From assembly GCA_964510165.1 (NCBI GenBank), contig CAZEBC010000062.1, forward strand, positions 4,654 to 19,361: 14,708 bases of DNA, in the 5' to 3' direction. The stretch comes from an uncultured bacterium (GTDB lineage: Bacteria; Abyssobacteria; SURF-5). Below, in pieces: positions 1 through 8,859 of the stretch. Under the pieces are notes generated by a model. The model did not search any database. It was given only the letters and a program-made list of their open reading frames with translations, and was not told the origin of the DNA. The position numbers were made by a program, and so were the translations under genes. Positions within the stretch are counted from its first letter, which is position 1; every line of letters starts with the position of its first letter.

Positions 1-978
1 TTGAACCTCTGCTTCTGGGACGTCGTGCGGCCGGGCCCCACATCCTTCGTCTCGCAGAGCGGCACGATGGGCGACTACCTCTTCGAGGTCGCCCAGGCGA
101 AGGGCTATGGGTCTGCCAAGTTTGTCAGTTCCGGCAACCAGGCAAGCCTTGACGTGTGCGACTATCTCGAGTATCTTTGCGACGACGATGAGACGAAGAC
201 CATCACGCTTTACCTCGAGGGCGTCAAAGACGGGAAACGGTTTTTGGAGATTGCAAGGAAGACGACGCCCAAGAAGCCCATACTCGCGTATAAGGTTGGA
301 CGTACCGAGGCCGGCGCCCGGGCCGCCGCCAGCCACACGGCCTCGCTCACGGGCAGCACTCAACTGTTCGATGCCGCATGCAGGCAGGCCGGTGTCATCA
401 TCTGCGAGGACATGCTGGAGATGTTCGACTTCGCCGAGGCCTTCGGAAGCCAGCCTCTGCCGAAGGGTAATCGTATCGGAATCGCATCGGGCGGCGGCGG
501 ATTTTGCGTGGTCACCGCCGAGGCGTGCGCGAAGTCTGGCCTCGAAGTGCCCGTCCTCGACCAAAATGCTCGAGCCGATATTCTCGGGCATGTGCGCGAA
601 TTCTCGCCGACTCCCATCAACCCCGTAGACCTTATAGCCAGAAAGAGCCACAAAGATTATGCTGCCGCAATCGAGGTAATCGCGAAGCAAGACTACATTG
701 ACGGCCTGATCATCATGCCGCCATACGGAGGCTTCCGCCGGACTGAATCGCCCGAAACGATGACCCAGCTCGTCGAAGGATGTTCCATCATCGCCGACAT
801 CCCCAAGAAATACGGGAAGCCAGTGCTCGCATTCGCCATGCGAGAATACAAGACGAGCGGGACATACGAAATCCTGAAGCGCGGCGACATCCCGTTTTAC
901 GAATCGCCCGAAACCTGCGCCCGTGTCATGAAGACGCTGTGCTCATACAGCCACTATCGCCGGCATCGCGCTTCGTAA
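1..978 (+). CDS. Acyl-CoA synthetase (NDP/ADP-forming) alpha-subunit-like, CoA-ligase family; 5'-truncated by the window edge
   Basis: Motifs FVSQSG, FVSSGNQA, LYLEG, KVGRTEAGARAAASHTASLTG (phospho-His loop), SGGGG, NPVD and C-terminal YESPE. The frame is open from base 1 and stops at TAA 976-978. Confidence 0.88.
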   Translation: MNLCFWDVVRPGPTSFVSQSGTMGDYLFEVAQAKGYGSAKFVSSGNQASLDVCDYLEYLCDDDETKTITLYLEGVKDGKRFLEIARKTTPKKPILAYKVGRTEAGARAAASHTASLTGSTQLFDAACRQAGVIICEDMLEMFDFAEAFGSQPLPKGNRIGIASGGGGFCVVTAEACAKSGLEVPVLDQNARADILGHVREFSPTPINPVDLIARKSHKDYAAAIEVIAKQDYIDGLIIMPPYGGFRRTESPETMTQLVEGCSIIADIPKKYGKPVLAFAMREYKTSGTYEILKRGDIPFYESPETCARVMKTLCSYSHYRRHRAS

Positions 979-1032
979 GGGCAGGCCCTCGCGCCTGCCC
1001 AATTACGGGCAACCACAGGGGGTTGCCCCTAC
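975..1032. repeat. Inverted pair of REP-like hairpins (GTAG/GTAA tetranucleotide plus GC-rich palindrome)
   Basis: + strand 975-1000: GTAA-GGGCAGGC-cctcgc-GCCTGCCC. - strand 1032-1007: GTAG-GGGCAACC-ccctgt-GGTTGCCC. Each has an 8-bp perfect stem and a 6-nt loop, and the units are 6 nt apart. Confidence 0.8.
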
Positions 1033-1055
1033 AAGGCGCCAAAGGAGGAACCGTA

Positions 1056-3410
1056 ATGGCTCTGAACGAATACAAACCAGGAACCGCATTCCCCGGCGTA
1101 ATTGGGCGCACATTTGAAGTGTCGTCGCCCGCGTGGCCCATGCCGCTTCGCGCGAAAGAAGGCGCTCCCAACATACTCTTCATCGTGCTTGACGACACGG
1201 GGTTCGGACAGATCGGCTGCTTTGGCGCACCCATCGAAACGCCGAATCTCGACCACTTGGCCGCGAACGGCCTGCGCTACAACAACATGCACACCACTGC
1301 GCTATGCTCGCCGACACGTTCCTGCATCCTCACCGGACGCAACCATCACTCGAACGGCCTGGCCTGTATCACGGAAGGCTCGACGGGATTCCCGGGTTCC
1401 AACGGCTACATTCCGTTCGAGAATGGATTCCTCTCGGAGATTCTCTTGCAGCACGGCTACAACACGTTTGCTGTCGGCAAGTGGCATCTGACGCCAGCCG
1501 ACCAGGTTTCAGCGGCCGGCCCGTATGAGCGCTGGCCTTTGGGGCGCGGGTTTGAGCGCTATTACGGTTTCCTCGGCGCGGACACGCATCAATACTATCC
1601 GGACCTCACGTACGACAACCATCGAGTCAGCCCGCCCAAGACACCGGATGAAGGTTATCATTTGACTGAGGACCTCGCCGACAAGGCCATCAATTTCATC
1701 GCGGACTCCAAGCAGGTCGCCCCTAACAAGCCATTCTTCCTGTATTTCTGTCCGGGCGCCACGCATGCGCCGCATCATGTCCCGAAGGAATGGATCGAGA
1801 AGTACAAGGGCAAGTTCGACGAAGGCTGGGAAGCCTATCGCGAAAAGGTATTCAAGAAACAGAAAAAGATGGGGGTCATTCCGCAGGAGACCGAACTCTC
1901 GCGCCACGACCCCGATGTCAAACCCTGGGATACATGCTCGCCGGACGAGAAGAAACTGTACGCCCGCATGATGGAAGTCTACGCCGGCTTCCTCTCGCAT
2001 ACCGACCACCACATCGGACGCATCCTTGAGTTTCTCAGAAGCATCGGCGAATTCGACAATACGCTCATCATGGCGATATCGGATAACGGCGCCAGCGCCG
2101 AGGGCGGGCCTATGGGATCCGTCAACGAAAGCTACTTCTTCAACAATGTGCCCGAGAGTCTCGAGGAAAATCTCAGGCTCATCGACAAACTCGGCGGTCC
2201 TGAACTTTTCAATCACTATCCGTGGGGATGGACGTGGGCGGGCAATACCCCCTTCCGCCGCTGGAAACGGGAGACCTATCGCGGCGGCATCAGCGATCCC
2301 TTTATCGTGCATTGGCCGAACGGCATCAAGGCGAAGGGAGAAATTCGCACGCAATACACCCACGCGATTGACATGATGCCGACCGTGCTGGACGCCCTAG
2401 GCATCGAGCCGCCGACAACCGTCAAGGGGGTGGCGCAGTCTCCGATCGAGGGCGTCAGCTTTGCCCATACGTTTGGCGATGCACAGGCCGCCTCCAGGCA
2501 TCGCACCCAGTACTTCGAGATGCTTGGGCACCGCTCCATCTATCACGACGGTTGGAGAGCAGTGTGTCCGTGGCCGGGCACATCGTTCATCGAGGCAGGC
2601 ATTCCATTCGGTTCGCCGATTTACGCCGACATGCTGACGGAACTCGACGCCAGCCATTGGGAACTTTATCACGTGGCGGCGGATTTCGCGGAGAACCACA
2701 ATCTCGCCGAGAAGGAGCCGGCCAAACTTGCCGAGATGATCAGTCAATGGTATGTAGAGGCAGGCAAGTACAATGTGCTTCCGGTGGACGGCAGGGGCAT
2801 AATGCGGGCGCTGCTCGAGCGCCCCAACATCGCGCCCGCCCGAGACAGGTACGTGTACTACCCCGGCACACAGCCCGTGACCCACATGGTCGCCGTGAGA
2901 TTGCTCAACCGCTCGCACAGCATCACCGCCGACGTAGAAATTCCCAAAGGCGGCGCCGAGGGAGTCCTCTTGTGCCACGGCGATAACCAAGGCGGCTACA
3001 TGTTCTATATGGATGACGGGAAACTTAGGTACGCCCACAATTACGTCGGCAGGAATATCTATTTGGTCCAATCCGAGGGCGCTATCCCCAAGGGCCGCCA
3101 TGCGCTTCGGTATGAGTTTGAGGCGACCGGCGAGCCCGACTTCGCGGGGGGAAGAGGAGCGCCGGGTCAGGGACGGCTTTATCTGGACGGCAAATTGGTC
3201 GGTCAGACGGAACTGCCAATAACCATCCCGTTTACGACAGGGATAACGGGCGGACTATGCGTCGGCGCGCTGGCCGGAGCGCCGATAGTGCCCGAACACA
3301 AGCCACCCTTCGCGTTCACGGGAACGATACATACTGTCACAGTTGACGTCAGCGGCAACCCGTTCCAAGACCCCGGCGCCGAACTGCGAATGAACATGGC
3401 ACGGCAGTAA
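1056..3410 (+). CDS. Arylsulfatase-family (Cys-type, formylglycine-dependent) sulfatase, about 784 aa, with a C-terminal beta-rich extension
   Basis: AGGAGG RBS at 1043-1048 precedes ATG 1056. Motifs PNILFIVLDDTG, ALCSPTRSCILTGR (CxPxR), VGKWHL, SDNG, KRETYRGG and WELYHV. Confidence 0.93.
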   Translation: MALNEYKPGTAFPGVIGRTFEVSSPAWPMPLRAKEGAPNILFIVLDDTGFGQIGCFGAPIETPNLDHLAANGLRYNNMHTTALCSPTRSCILTGRNHHSNGLACITEGSTGFPGSNGYIPFENGFLSEILLQHGYNTFAVGKWHLTPADQVSAAGPYERWPLGRGFERYYGFLGADTHQYYPDLTYDNHRVSPPKTPDEGYHLTEDLADKAINFIADSKQVAPNKPFFLYFCPGATHAPHHVPKEWIEKYKGKFDEGWEAYREKVFKKQKKMGVIPQETELSRHDPDVKPWDTCSPDEKKLYARMMEVYAGFLSHTDHHIGRILEFLRSIGEFDNTLIMAISDNGASAEGGPMGSVNESYFFNNVPESLEENLRLIDKLGGPELFNHYPWGWTWAGNTPFRRWKRETYRGGISDPFIVHWPNGIKAKGEIRTQYTHAIDMMPTVLDALGIEPPTTVKGVAQSPIEGVSFAHTFGDAQAASRHRTQYFEMLGHRSIYHDGWRAVCPWPGTSFIEAGIPFGSPIYADMLTELDASHWELYHVAADFAENHNLAEKEPAKLAEMISQWYVEAGKYNVLPVDGRGIMRALLERPNIAPARDRYVYYPGTQPVTHMVAVRLLNRSHSITADVEIPKGGAEGVLLCHGDNQGGYMFYMDDGKLRYAHNYVGRNIYLVQSEGAIPKGRHALRYEFEATGEPDFAGGRGAPGQGRLYLDGKLVGQTELPITIPFTTGITGGLCVGALAGAPIVPEHKPPFAFTGTIHTVTVDVSGNPFQDPGAELRMNMARQ

Positions 3411-3478
3411 GGAATCATCAAATTGCACCGGTTGTGCTGCCGATAAAGTCGAATTTGCGCGGCATGAGGCGGGAAGGG

Positions 3479-4657
3479 CTATTCGGCTGAGGGAGACTTG
3501 TTGTCGCTTACGGCGCCTTCCTTTATGAGGTGGCGTGCAATGACGTTGCGCTGAATCTGGTTGGTACCCTCGTATATCTGGGTTATCTTGGCATCTCGCA
3601 TCATCTTTTCGACGGGATACTCCTTCATGTAGCCGTAGCCTCCGAGAATCTGGACCGCATCAGTCGTGACGCGCATTGCCATGTCCGAGGCAAACACCTT
3701 GGCCATCGCGGATTCCTTGGAGACATCGGGGCGGCCCGCGTCGATCATCCGGGCAATCGCGTACACAAGCGCCCGAGCGGCCTCTATCTGAGTGGCCATG
3801 TCGGCGAGCATGTGTTGGACTGCCTGAAAAGAGATTATGGCGGCGCCGAACTGTTTGCGCTCGCGAGCGTGAGCGATCGCCTCGTCGAGCGCGCCCTGCG
3901 CAAGCCCGACGGCCTGCGCGCCGATGCCCGGACGAGTGCGGTCAAGTGTCCTCATGGCGACAACGAACCCCAATCCCTCGCGGCCCAGCACATTGCTTTT
4001 CGGGACGCGGCAGTTCTCGAAGAATATCTCGCGCTGAACTGACGCGCGTATGCCCATCTTATTTTCGGTTCTGCCAAAGCTGAGGCCGGGCGTATCCTTC
4101 TCGACAATTATTGCGGTAGCGCCCCGGCTGCCTCGGCTCTTGTCGGTCATCGCGAACACGACATAAATATCCGCCTCGCCCGCGTTGGTTATCCACTGCT
4201 TCCGGCCATTGAGGACATAATCATCGCCGTCAGAGGCCGCGGTGGTTTCGATGCCTGCCGCATCGCTCCCCGCATTGGTTTCGGTAAGCGCGAAAGCGGC
4301 AAGCGCCTTGCCCGAGGCCACTCGCGACAGGTATTTTTCCTTTTGTTCCTCCGAACCGGCCACAAGGATAGGCATGGAACCGAGCGCGGTAGCCGCGTAG
4401 CTTGCGCACACGCCCGCACAGATTCGGGAGATTTCCTCGATGGCGAGACATAAGCCCATGCAACCGTCGCCCGATCCGCCGTATTGCTCGGGAATGAAGA
4501 GTCCGCTGAGGCCTGCGCGCGCGAGTTCGGCAAGGACTTCGCGAGGGAATTCGGAAGCTTCATCGAGACGGGCACGGACAGGCTTGATCTTCTCGACCGC
4601 GACTCTTCTGGCGAGGGCGCGAATCGCTTCCTGGCGTTCGGTAAGAAAGTAATCCAT
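3479..4657 (-). CDS. Acyl-CoA dehydrogenase (short-chain/butyryl-CoA dehydrogenase-like), 392 aa
   Basis: Motifs IPEQYGG, FALTETNAGSDA, LNGRKQWITNA, KMGIR, RKQFG, QILGGYGY and IYEGTNQIQR (catalytic Glu). Its ATG overlaps the rnc stop codon (TGATG). Confidence 0.95.
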   Translation of the reverse strand: MDYFLTERQEAIRALARRVAVEKIKPVRARLDEASEFPREVLAELARAGLSGLFIPEQYGGSGDGCMGLCLAIEEISRICAGVCASYAATALGSMPILVAGSEEQKEKYLSRVASGKALAAFALTETNAGSDAAGIETTAASDGDDYVLNGRKQWITNAGEADIYVVFAMTDKSRGSRGATAIIVEKDTPGLSFGRTENKMGIRASVQREIFFENCRVPKSNVLGREGLGFVVAMRTLDRTRPGIGAQAVGLAQGALDEAIAHARERKQFGAAIISFQAVQHMLADMATQIEAARALVYAIARMIDAGRPDVSKESAMAKVFASDMAMRVTTDAVQILGGYGYMKEYPVEKMMRDAKITQIYEGTNQIQRNVIARHLIKEGAVSDNKSPSAE

Positions 4658-5373
4658 CAGCCTCCTCCGGACAGGTCTGCCGCTTGGCTTTGGAGTTTTT
4701 GCAGGGCGTTGTGGGCGGCGTTTTGCTGGGCCTCTTTCTTGTTCGGTCCCTTCCCTGTGCCATACGGTTCATCCCTTATTGATAACAGAACCTCGTAAAT
4801 GCGTTCGTGGGGAGGTCCTATCTCATTGACGACGGTATACCGGGGCAGGGTCTGAAAGCGCGATTGGGTGATTTCCTGCAAGATGGATTTGTAATCCATC
4901 TTATGCTGGTCTCGGTCGAGCCGCTCGATCTCTTCGGCGAAATGGTCGAGTATGAATTGCCTGGCCGCCTTAATGCCGCCGTCGAGGTAAATGGCCCCGA
5001 TGATGGCTTCCATCGCATCGGCCAGCAACGAGTTTCGCTTTCGGCCTCCGCCAAGCTCTTCGCCTTTGCCCAGACGGATGTAAGGGGCGATGCCTATCTT
5101 CTTGGCAACGCTGGCGAGAGTGGTCTTGCTCACCACGGCTGCCCGGAGTTTGGTGAGCTGCCCCTCGAAGTAGGCAGGGAAATTATGGAAGAGTTCGTGA
5201 CTCACGACGAGTTCCAAGACGGCGTCTCCGAGGAACTCGAGTTTTTCATTATGAGTGCCCCTTTGCTCAGACCGCTCATTGACGAAAGAGGAATGAGAGA
5301 GGGCCTGATCGAGGAAAGACATGCGTCTGAACTTCACGCCCAACGACCGCTGCAGTTCTTTCAGGTCGCGCAT
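4657..5373 (-). CDS. rnc: Ribonuclease III
   Basis: ALSHSS, NEKLEFLGDAVLEL signature, LADAMEAIIGAIYLDGG, and a C-terminal dsRBD (DYKSILQE...GPPH...GKGPNKKEAQQNAA). The start is either ATG 5373 or TTG 5403. The ORF-track start at 5475 lies inside fabF. Confidence 0.96.
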   Translation of the reverse strand: MRDLKELQRSLGVKFRRMSFLDQALSHSSFVNERSEQRGTHNEKLEFLGDAVLELVVSHELFHNFPAYFEGQLTKLRAAVVSKTTLASVAKKIGIAPYIRLGKGEELGGGRKRNSLLADAMEAIIGAIYLDGGIKAARQFILDHFAEEIERLDRDQHKMDYKSILQEITQSRFQTLPRYTVVNEIGPPHERIYEVLLSIRDEPYGTGKGPNKKEAQQNAAHNALQKLQSQAADLSGGG

Positions 5374-5407
5374 TCTTTCGACATCGGCAGTTTGGGAAGG
5401 CAAACGC

Positions 5408-6649
5408 TCAATTGAATTTTCTGAAGACAAGGGTTGCATTGGTTCCGCCAAATCCGAACGAATTGCTGAGTGCACAATTGACCTTCAGTTCCCGCGCAAC
5501 GTTGGGAACGTAATCCAGGTCGCATTCCGGATCGGGTTCCTCGTAATTAATGGTGGGCGGGATAATATCCTCCTTTAAGGTCAGTATCGTGGCGATTGCT
5601 TCGACCCCGCCCGCCGCTCCGAGCAGGTGCCCCATGTGAGACTTGGTCGAACTGATTGCGAGCTTTCGCGCATGGTCTCCGAAGACGGTCTTGATGGCGT
5701 CGGTCTCCAGCTTGTCGTTGAGCGGAGTGGATGTCCCATGTGCGTTGATGTAGGCCACCGCCTCCGGTGAAACCTTCGCGCTGCGCAGGGCGGCGCGCAT
5801 CGAGCGGGCGGCGCCCTCACCGTCGGGGGACGGGGCTGTGATGTGGTAAGCGTCGGCGGACATGCCGTACCCGACTATCTCGGCGATAATCCGCGCGCCG
5901 CGTTTCCGGGCGTGTTCCAGCTCTTCGAGCAATACGACGCCCGCGCCTTCGCTCATGACGAAGCCGTCGCGCGTGCGGTCAAACGGACGGCTGGCGCGTT
6001 CCGGCTGATCGTTTCGCGAGGTACTCAGCGCGCGCATTGCGCAGAAACCGGCCAGGCCGACGGGCGTTAGCGAGGCTTCGCTCCCGCCGGCGATCATCAA
6101 GTCGGCCTCATCGCGCTCGATGATGCGATAGGCGTCGCCGATTGCATGGCTGCCGGTGGCACAGGCGGTGCTGACGGCTGTGTTTGGACCTTTGAGGCCG
6201 TACGCCATGGCGACCGCGCCGGACGCCATGTTGATTATCAGCATGGGCACAAAGAAGGGGCTGAGCCTCTTGGGCCCTTTTTCGAGGATGGTCAGGTGTT
6301 GTTCCTCCATGATGCTGAGTCCGCCGATCCCTGAGCCGATGACGACCCCGAATCTTTCGCGGTCGATCTTTTCCAGCTCCAGCCCCGAGTTCTGGATAGC
6401 CGCCTTGCTGGCGGCCATGGCGAACTGGGTGAAGCGCTCCATGCGCCTGGCCTCTTTGGAGGAGAAGTAGTCCTCGGGATTGAAATTCTCGACCGTGCCT
6501 GCGATCTTCGAGGAATAATTGGCGGTGTCGAATCGGGTCAAGGTTCGGATGCCGGAGCGTCCGTTCTTGAGGGAATCCCAAAACGCCTCGACTGTATTGC
6601 CGACGGGAGAGATGACCCCCGCCGAAGTGAGCACGACTCTTCTATTCAT
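5408..6649 (-). CDS. fabF: 3-oxoacyl-ACP synthase II
   Basis: Cys-His-His triad motifs STACATG, NAHGTST and GHLLGAAG. Also [18 protein letters not shown] and [10 protein letters not shown]. Confidence 0.96.
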   Translation of the reverse strand: MNRRVVLTSAGVISPVGNTVEAFWDSLKNGRSGIRTLTRFDTANYSSKIAGTVENFNPEDYFSSKEARRMERFTQFAMAASKAAIQNSGLELEKIDRERFGVVIGSGIGGLSIMEEQHLTILEKGPKRLSPFFVPMLIINMASGAVAMAYGLKGPNTAVSTACATGSHAIGDAYRIIERDEADLMIAGGSEASLTPVGLAGFCAMRALSTSRNDQPERASRPFDRTRDGFVMSEGAGVVLLEELEHARKRGARIIAEIVGYGMSADAYHITAPSPDGEGAARSMRAALRSAKVSPEAVAYINAHGTSTPLNDKLETDAIKTVFGDHARKLAISSTKSHMGHLLGAAGGVEAIATILTLKEDIIPPTINYEEPDPECDLDYVPNVARELKVNCALSNSFGFGGTNATLVFRKFN

Positions 6650-6662
6650 TCATGTCCTGCCG

Positions 6663-6896
6663 TCATAAACTCTTTATGAAATCTATGGCGTTGCGAACGG
6701 TGACGATCTTCTCGGCTTCCTCGTCGGTTATCTCGATATTAAACTCGTCTTCGAGCGTCATGATGAGTTCAACGACGTCGAGCGAATCCGCGCCGAGATC
6801 ATCAATGAACTTGGCGTCATCGGTGAGTTGCTCCATTCCGATCTCGAGCTTCTCGGCGATTAACTGCTTGATCTTATCTTCACTAATTGCGACCAT
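6663..6896 (-). CDS. acpP: Acyl carrier protein
   Basis: 77-aa acidic protein with the [12 protein letters not shown] phosphopantetheine site. AAGGAG RBS upstream. Confidence 0.97.
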   Translation of the reverse strand: MVAISEDKIKQLIAEKLEIGMEQLTDDAKFIDDLGADSLDVVELIMTLEDEFNIEITDEEAEKIVTVRNAIDFIKSL

Positions 6897-6937
6897 CCGT
6901 ATCTGCTCCTTTCGTACGGGGTGAACCCATCACCATC

Positions 6938-7690
6938 TCACATGGCCATCCCGCCATCGGCCCGAATCACCTCGCCAGTGATGTAGTCAGCCGCGGGCGA
7001 CGCCAGAAATTTGACAATAGCCGCCACGTCTTCCGGCGCTCCAAACCTGCCGAGAGGGATCAACTTCAAGGCCTCGTCCTTGCCGCTTTCGGGCAGGGAT
7101 TCGGTCATATCGGTCATGATAAAGCCGGGCGCCACGCAGTTGACGGTCACGTTCCGGGAAGCGAGTTCTCGCGCAATCGATTTCGTAAGCCCGATTATGC
7201 CCGCCTTCGCGGCGCAATAATTAGCCTGGCCGGCGTTGCCAATCATGCCGACGACCGACGTAATGTTGATGATCTTTCCGCCGCGCTGCTTAATCATGGA
7301 GCGGGCGACGGCCTTCATACAATGAAAGGTACCCGTGAGGTTTGTGCCGATGACCTGGTCCCACTCCGACTCTTTCATGCGCACCATTAAATTGTCCGAG
7401 GTAACACCGGCATTGTTCACGAGGACATCGATCCGTCCGAAATGCTTGAGAACCTGTTCGACCATAGATGTGACCGAATCGGCGTAAGTTACGTCGACAT
7501 GGTATGCGCGCGCCTGTCCGCCTGCAGACACAATGGCTTGAGCGGTCTCGCCGACGGCGTCGAGGTTACGGCTGCACACGGCGACGATTGCGCCTTCCTC
7601 TGCAAGAGCCATTGCGATAGCGCGCCCAATCCCCTTTGAGCCGCCTGTCACAATGGCCACTTTTCCGGCAAGTTGTTTTGATGGTTGCAT
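6938..7690 (-). CDS. fabG: 3-oxoacyl-ACP reductase
   Basis: SDR motifs TGGSKGIG, NNAG, NYCAAK and VAPGFI, in fab operon context. ATG 7690 overlaps the fabD stop codon (TGATG). Confidence 0.94.
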   Translation of the reverse strand: MQPSKQLAGKVAIVTGGSKGIGRAIAMALAEEGAIVAVCSRNLDAVGETAQAIVSAGGQARAYHVDVTYADSVTSMVEQVLKHFGRIDVLVNNAGVTSDNLMVRMKESEWDQVIGTNLTGTFHCMKAVARSMIKQRGGKIINITSVVGMIGNAGQANYCAAKAGIIGLTKSIARELASRNVTVNCVAPGFIMTDMTESLPESGKDEALKLIPLGRFGAPEDVAAIVKFLASPAADYITGEVIRADGGMAM

Positions 7691-8616
7691 CAATGCGTCC
7701 GCGCGATAATCTCGAATGAGTCCGGAGCGTCAGTGGTCAGGCCGACCGCGGAGCCGTCTATTCGTTTAAGAAGGCCGGTCAGCACATTGCCGGGCCCGAC
7801 CTCGATAAAGGTGTCTGCGCCCAGTTTTCGCATCTGTTCAATAGTGGATTGCCAGCGCACGGGGCTGCATACCTGCGCCAGAAGGTTGTCCCGTATCCGC
7901 TGTGGATCCTCGGTAAGGACGGCAGATACGTTGGGGAAAAAGCCGCTGGCGGGCCGTGACACAGATGCCGCCCGCACCGACGGCCCGAACCTCTCGGCAG
8001 CCGGCCGCATCAAGCGCGAGTGAAAAGCGCCGGACACTGGAAGCGGCACCGCTCTCTTTGCGCCGCGCTTCTTGGCCTCATCCGCGGCCACACGGACAGC
8101 CTCGGGCTGGCCCGAGATGACCACCTGGCCCGGCGCGTTGAGATTGGCGACGTCAACGATTCCGTCCTTAACACTGGCACAAGCCTCTGCGACCGCCTGT
8201 TCATCCAGTCCCAGAATCGCACACATCGTGCCTGGGTTCGTGGCGCATGCTTCCTGCATGGAATTGGCGCGGTCGCGCACTAGCCGAAGGGCATTATCGA
8301 ACTGGAGCGCTCCGGTCGCGACTAACGCAGAGTACTCGCCCAGGCTGTGTCCCGCGACCAGATCGGGAGCGAGGCCCATGGATGAGAGTACTTTCGATAC
8401 GGCTGTGCTGACGATGAAAATGGCGAGTTGTGCATATTGGGTTTGCTTGAGGGTTTCTTCAGGCCCTTCAAAGATGATCTGGCGCAACGGCATGCCAAGC
8501 ACGTCTTCGGCACGGTCAAAAATGAAGCGGGCATCCCCGTCGTTTTCGTAGAGGGTCTTCCCCATTCCTACGTACTGACTGCCCTGCCCGGGGAATATCC
8601 ACGCGGTCTTACCCAT
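7690..8616 (-). CDS. fabD: Malonyl-CoA:ACP transacylase
   Basis: Motifs FPGQGSQ, GHSLGEY, VSGAFHS and IEVGPG. ATG 8616 follows an AAGGAG RBS and is preferred over TTG 8634. Confidence 0.96.
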   Translation of the reverse strand: MGKTAWIFPGQGSQYVGMGKTLYENDGDARFIFDRAEDVLGMPLRQIIFEGPEETLKQTQYAQLAIFIVSTAVSKVLSSMGLAPDLVAGHSLGEYSALVATGALQFDNALRLVRDRANSMQEACATNPGTMCAILGLDEQAVAEACASVKDGIVDVANLNAPGQVVISGQPEAVRVAADEAKKRGAKRAVPLPVSGAFHSRLMRPAAERFGPSVRAASVSRPASGFFPNVSAVLTEDPQRIRDNLLAQVCSPVRWQSTIEQMRKLGADTFIEVGPGNVLTGLLKRIDGSAVGLTTDAPDSFEIIARTH

Positions 8617-8646
8617 GAGAGGCTCCTTCGACAAGTCCGTGTGGAA

Positions 8647-8829
8647 TCAGGTCTTGGATGTCATGACCACCTGGCGACCCTTGTAGAAACCGCACTCGGG
8701 GCACACCCTGTGCGGGACGGCGGGCCTGCCGCAATTGGAGCACTCGATTGCGTTCGGAGCCTTCAGCGCTCGATGTGCGCGCCGCTTATCCCTTCGTGTG
8801 CGTGAGATTCTGCGTTTTGGTTGTGCCAT
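8647..8829 (-). CDS. rpmF: 50S ribosomal protein L32 (zinc-ribbon form)
   Basis: MAQPKRRISRTRRDKRRAH, CSNC...HRVCPECGFYKGR. GGAGG RBS upstream. Confidence 0.97.
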   Translation of the reverse strand: MAQPKRRISRTRRDKRRAHRALKAPNAIECSNCGRPAVPHRVCPECGFYKGRQVVMTSKT

Positions 8830-8859
8830 GTTGTTCCTCCATTAGGAAAGGCGCTATTG

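Noticed and set aside
975..1032. CRISPR repeat or intrinsic terminator interpretation of the hairpins
   Set aside because: There are only two inverted units with no spacers or cas genes, and neither stem is followed by a U-tract.
780..1055. 92-aa N-terminal extension of the sulfatase in the ORF track (876 aa)
   Set aside because: It overlaps the upstream gene and the REP hairpins. A strong AGGAGG RBS supports ATG 1056.
1509..3101. Long antisense ORFs (284 aa and 234 aa) opposite the sulfatase
   Set aside because: Typical shadow ORFs of a GC-rich coding strand, with no recognisable motifs.
3411..3478. Possible bidirectional terminator between the convergent sulfatase and ACAD genes
   Set aside because: Only weak 4-5 bp stems (GCAC/GTGC, TGCCG/CGGCA) and no U-tract on either strand.
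5404..5475. Extended rnc N-terminus overlapping fabF
   Set aside because: The extension lies within the conserved fabF C-terminus. Starts at 5403 or 5373 give a normal-length RNase III.
5408..8616. Type II polyketide or other secondary-metabolite cluster
   Set aside because: A single KS with no chain-length factor or cyclase, in a yceD-rpmF-rnc context, indicates primary fatty-acid synthesis.
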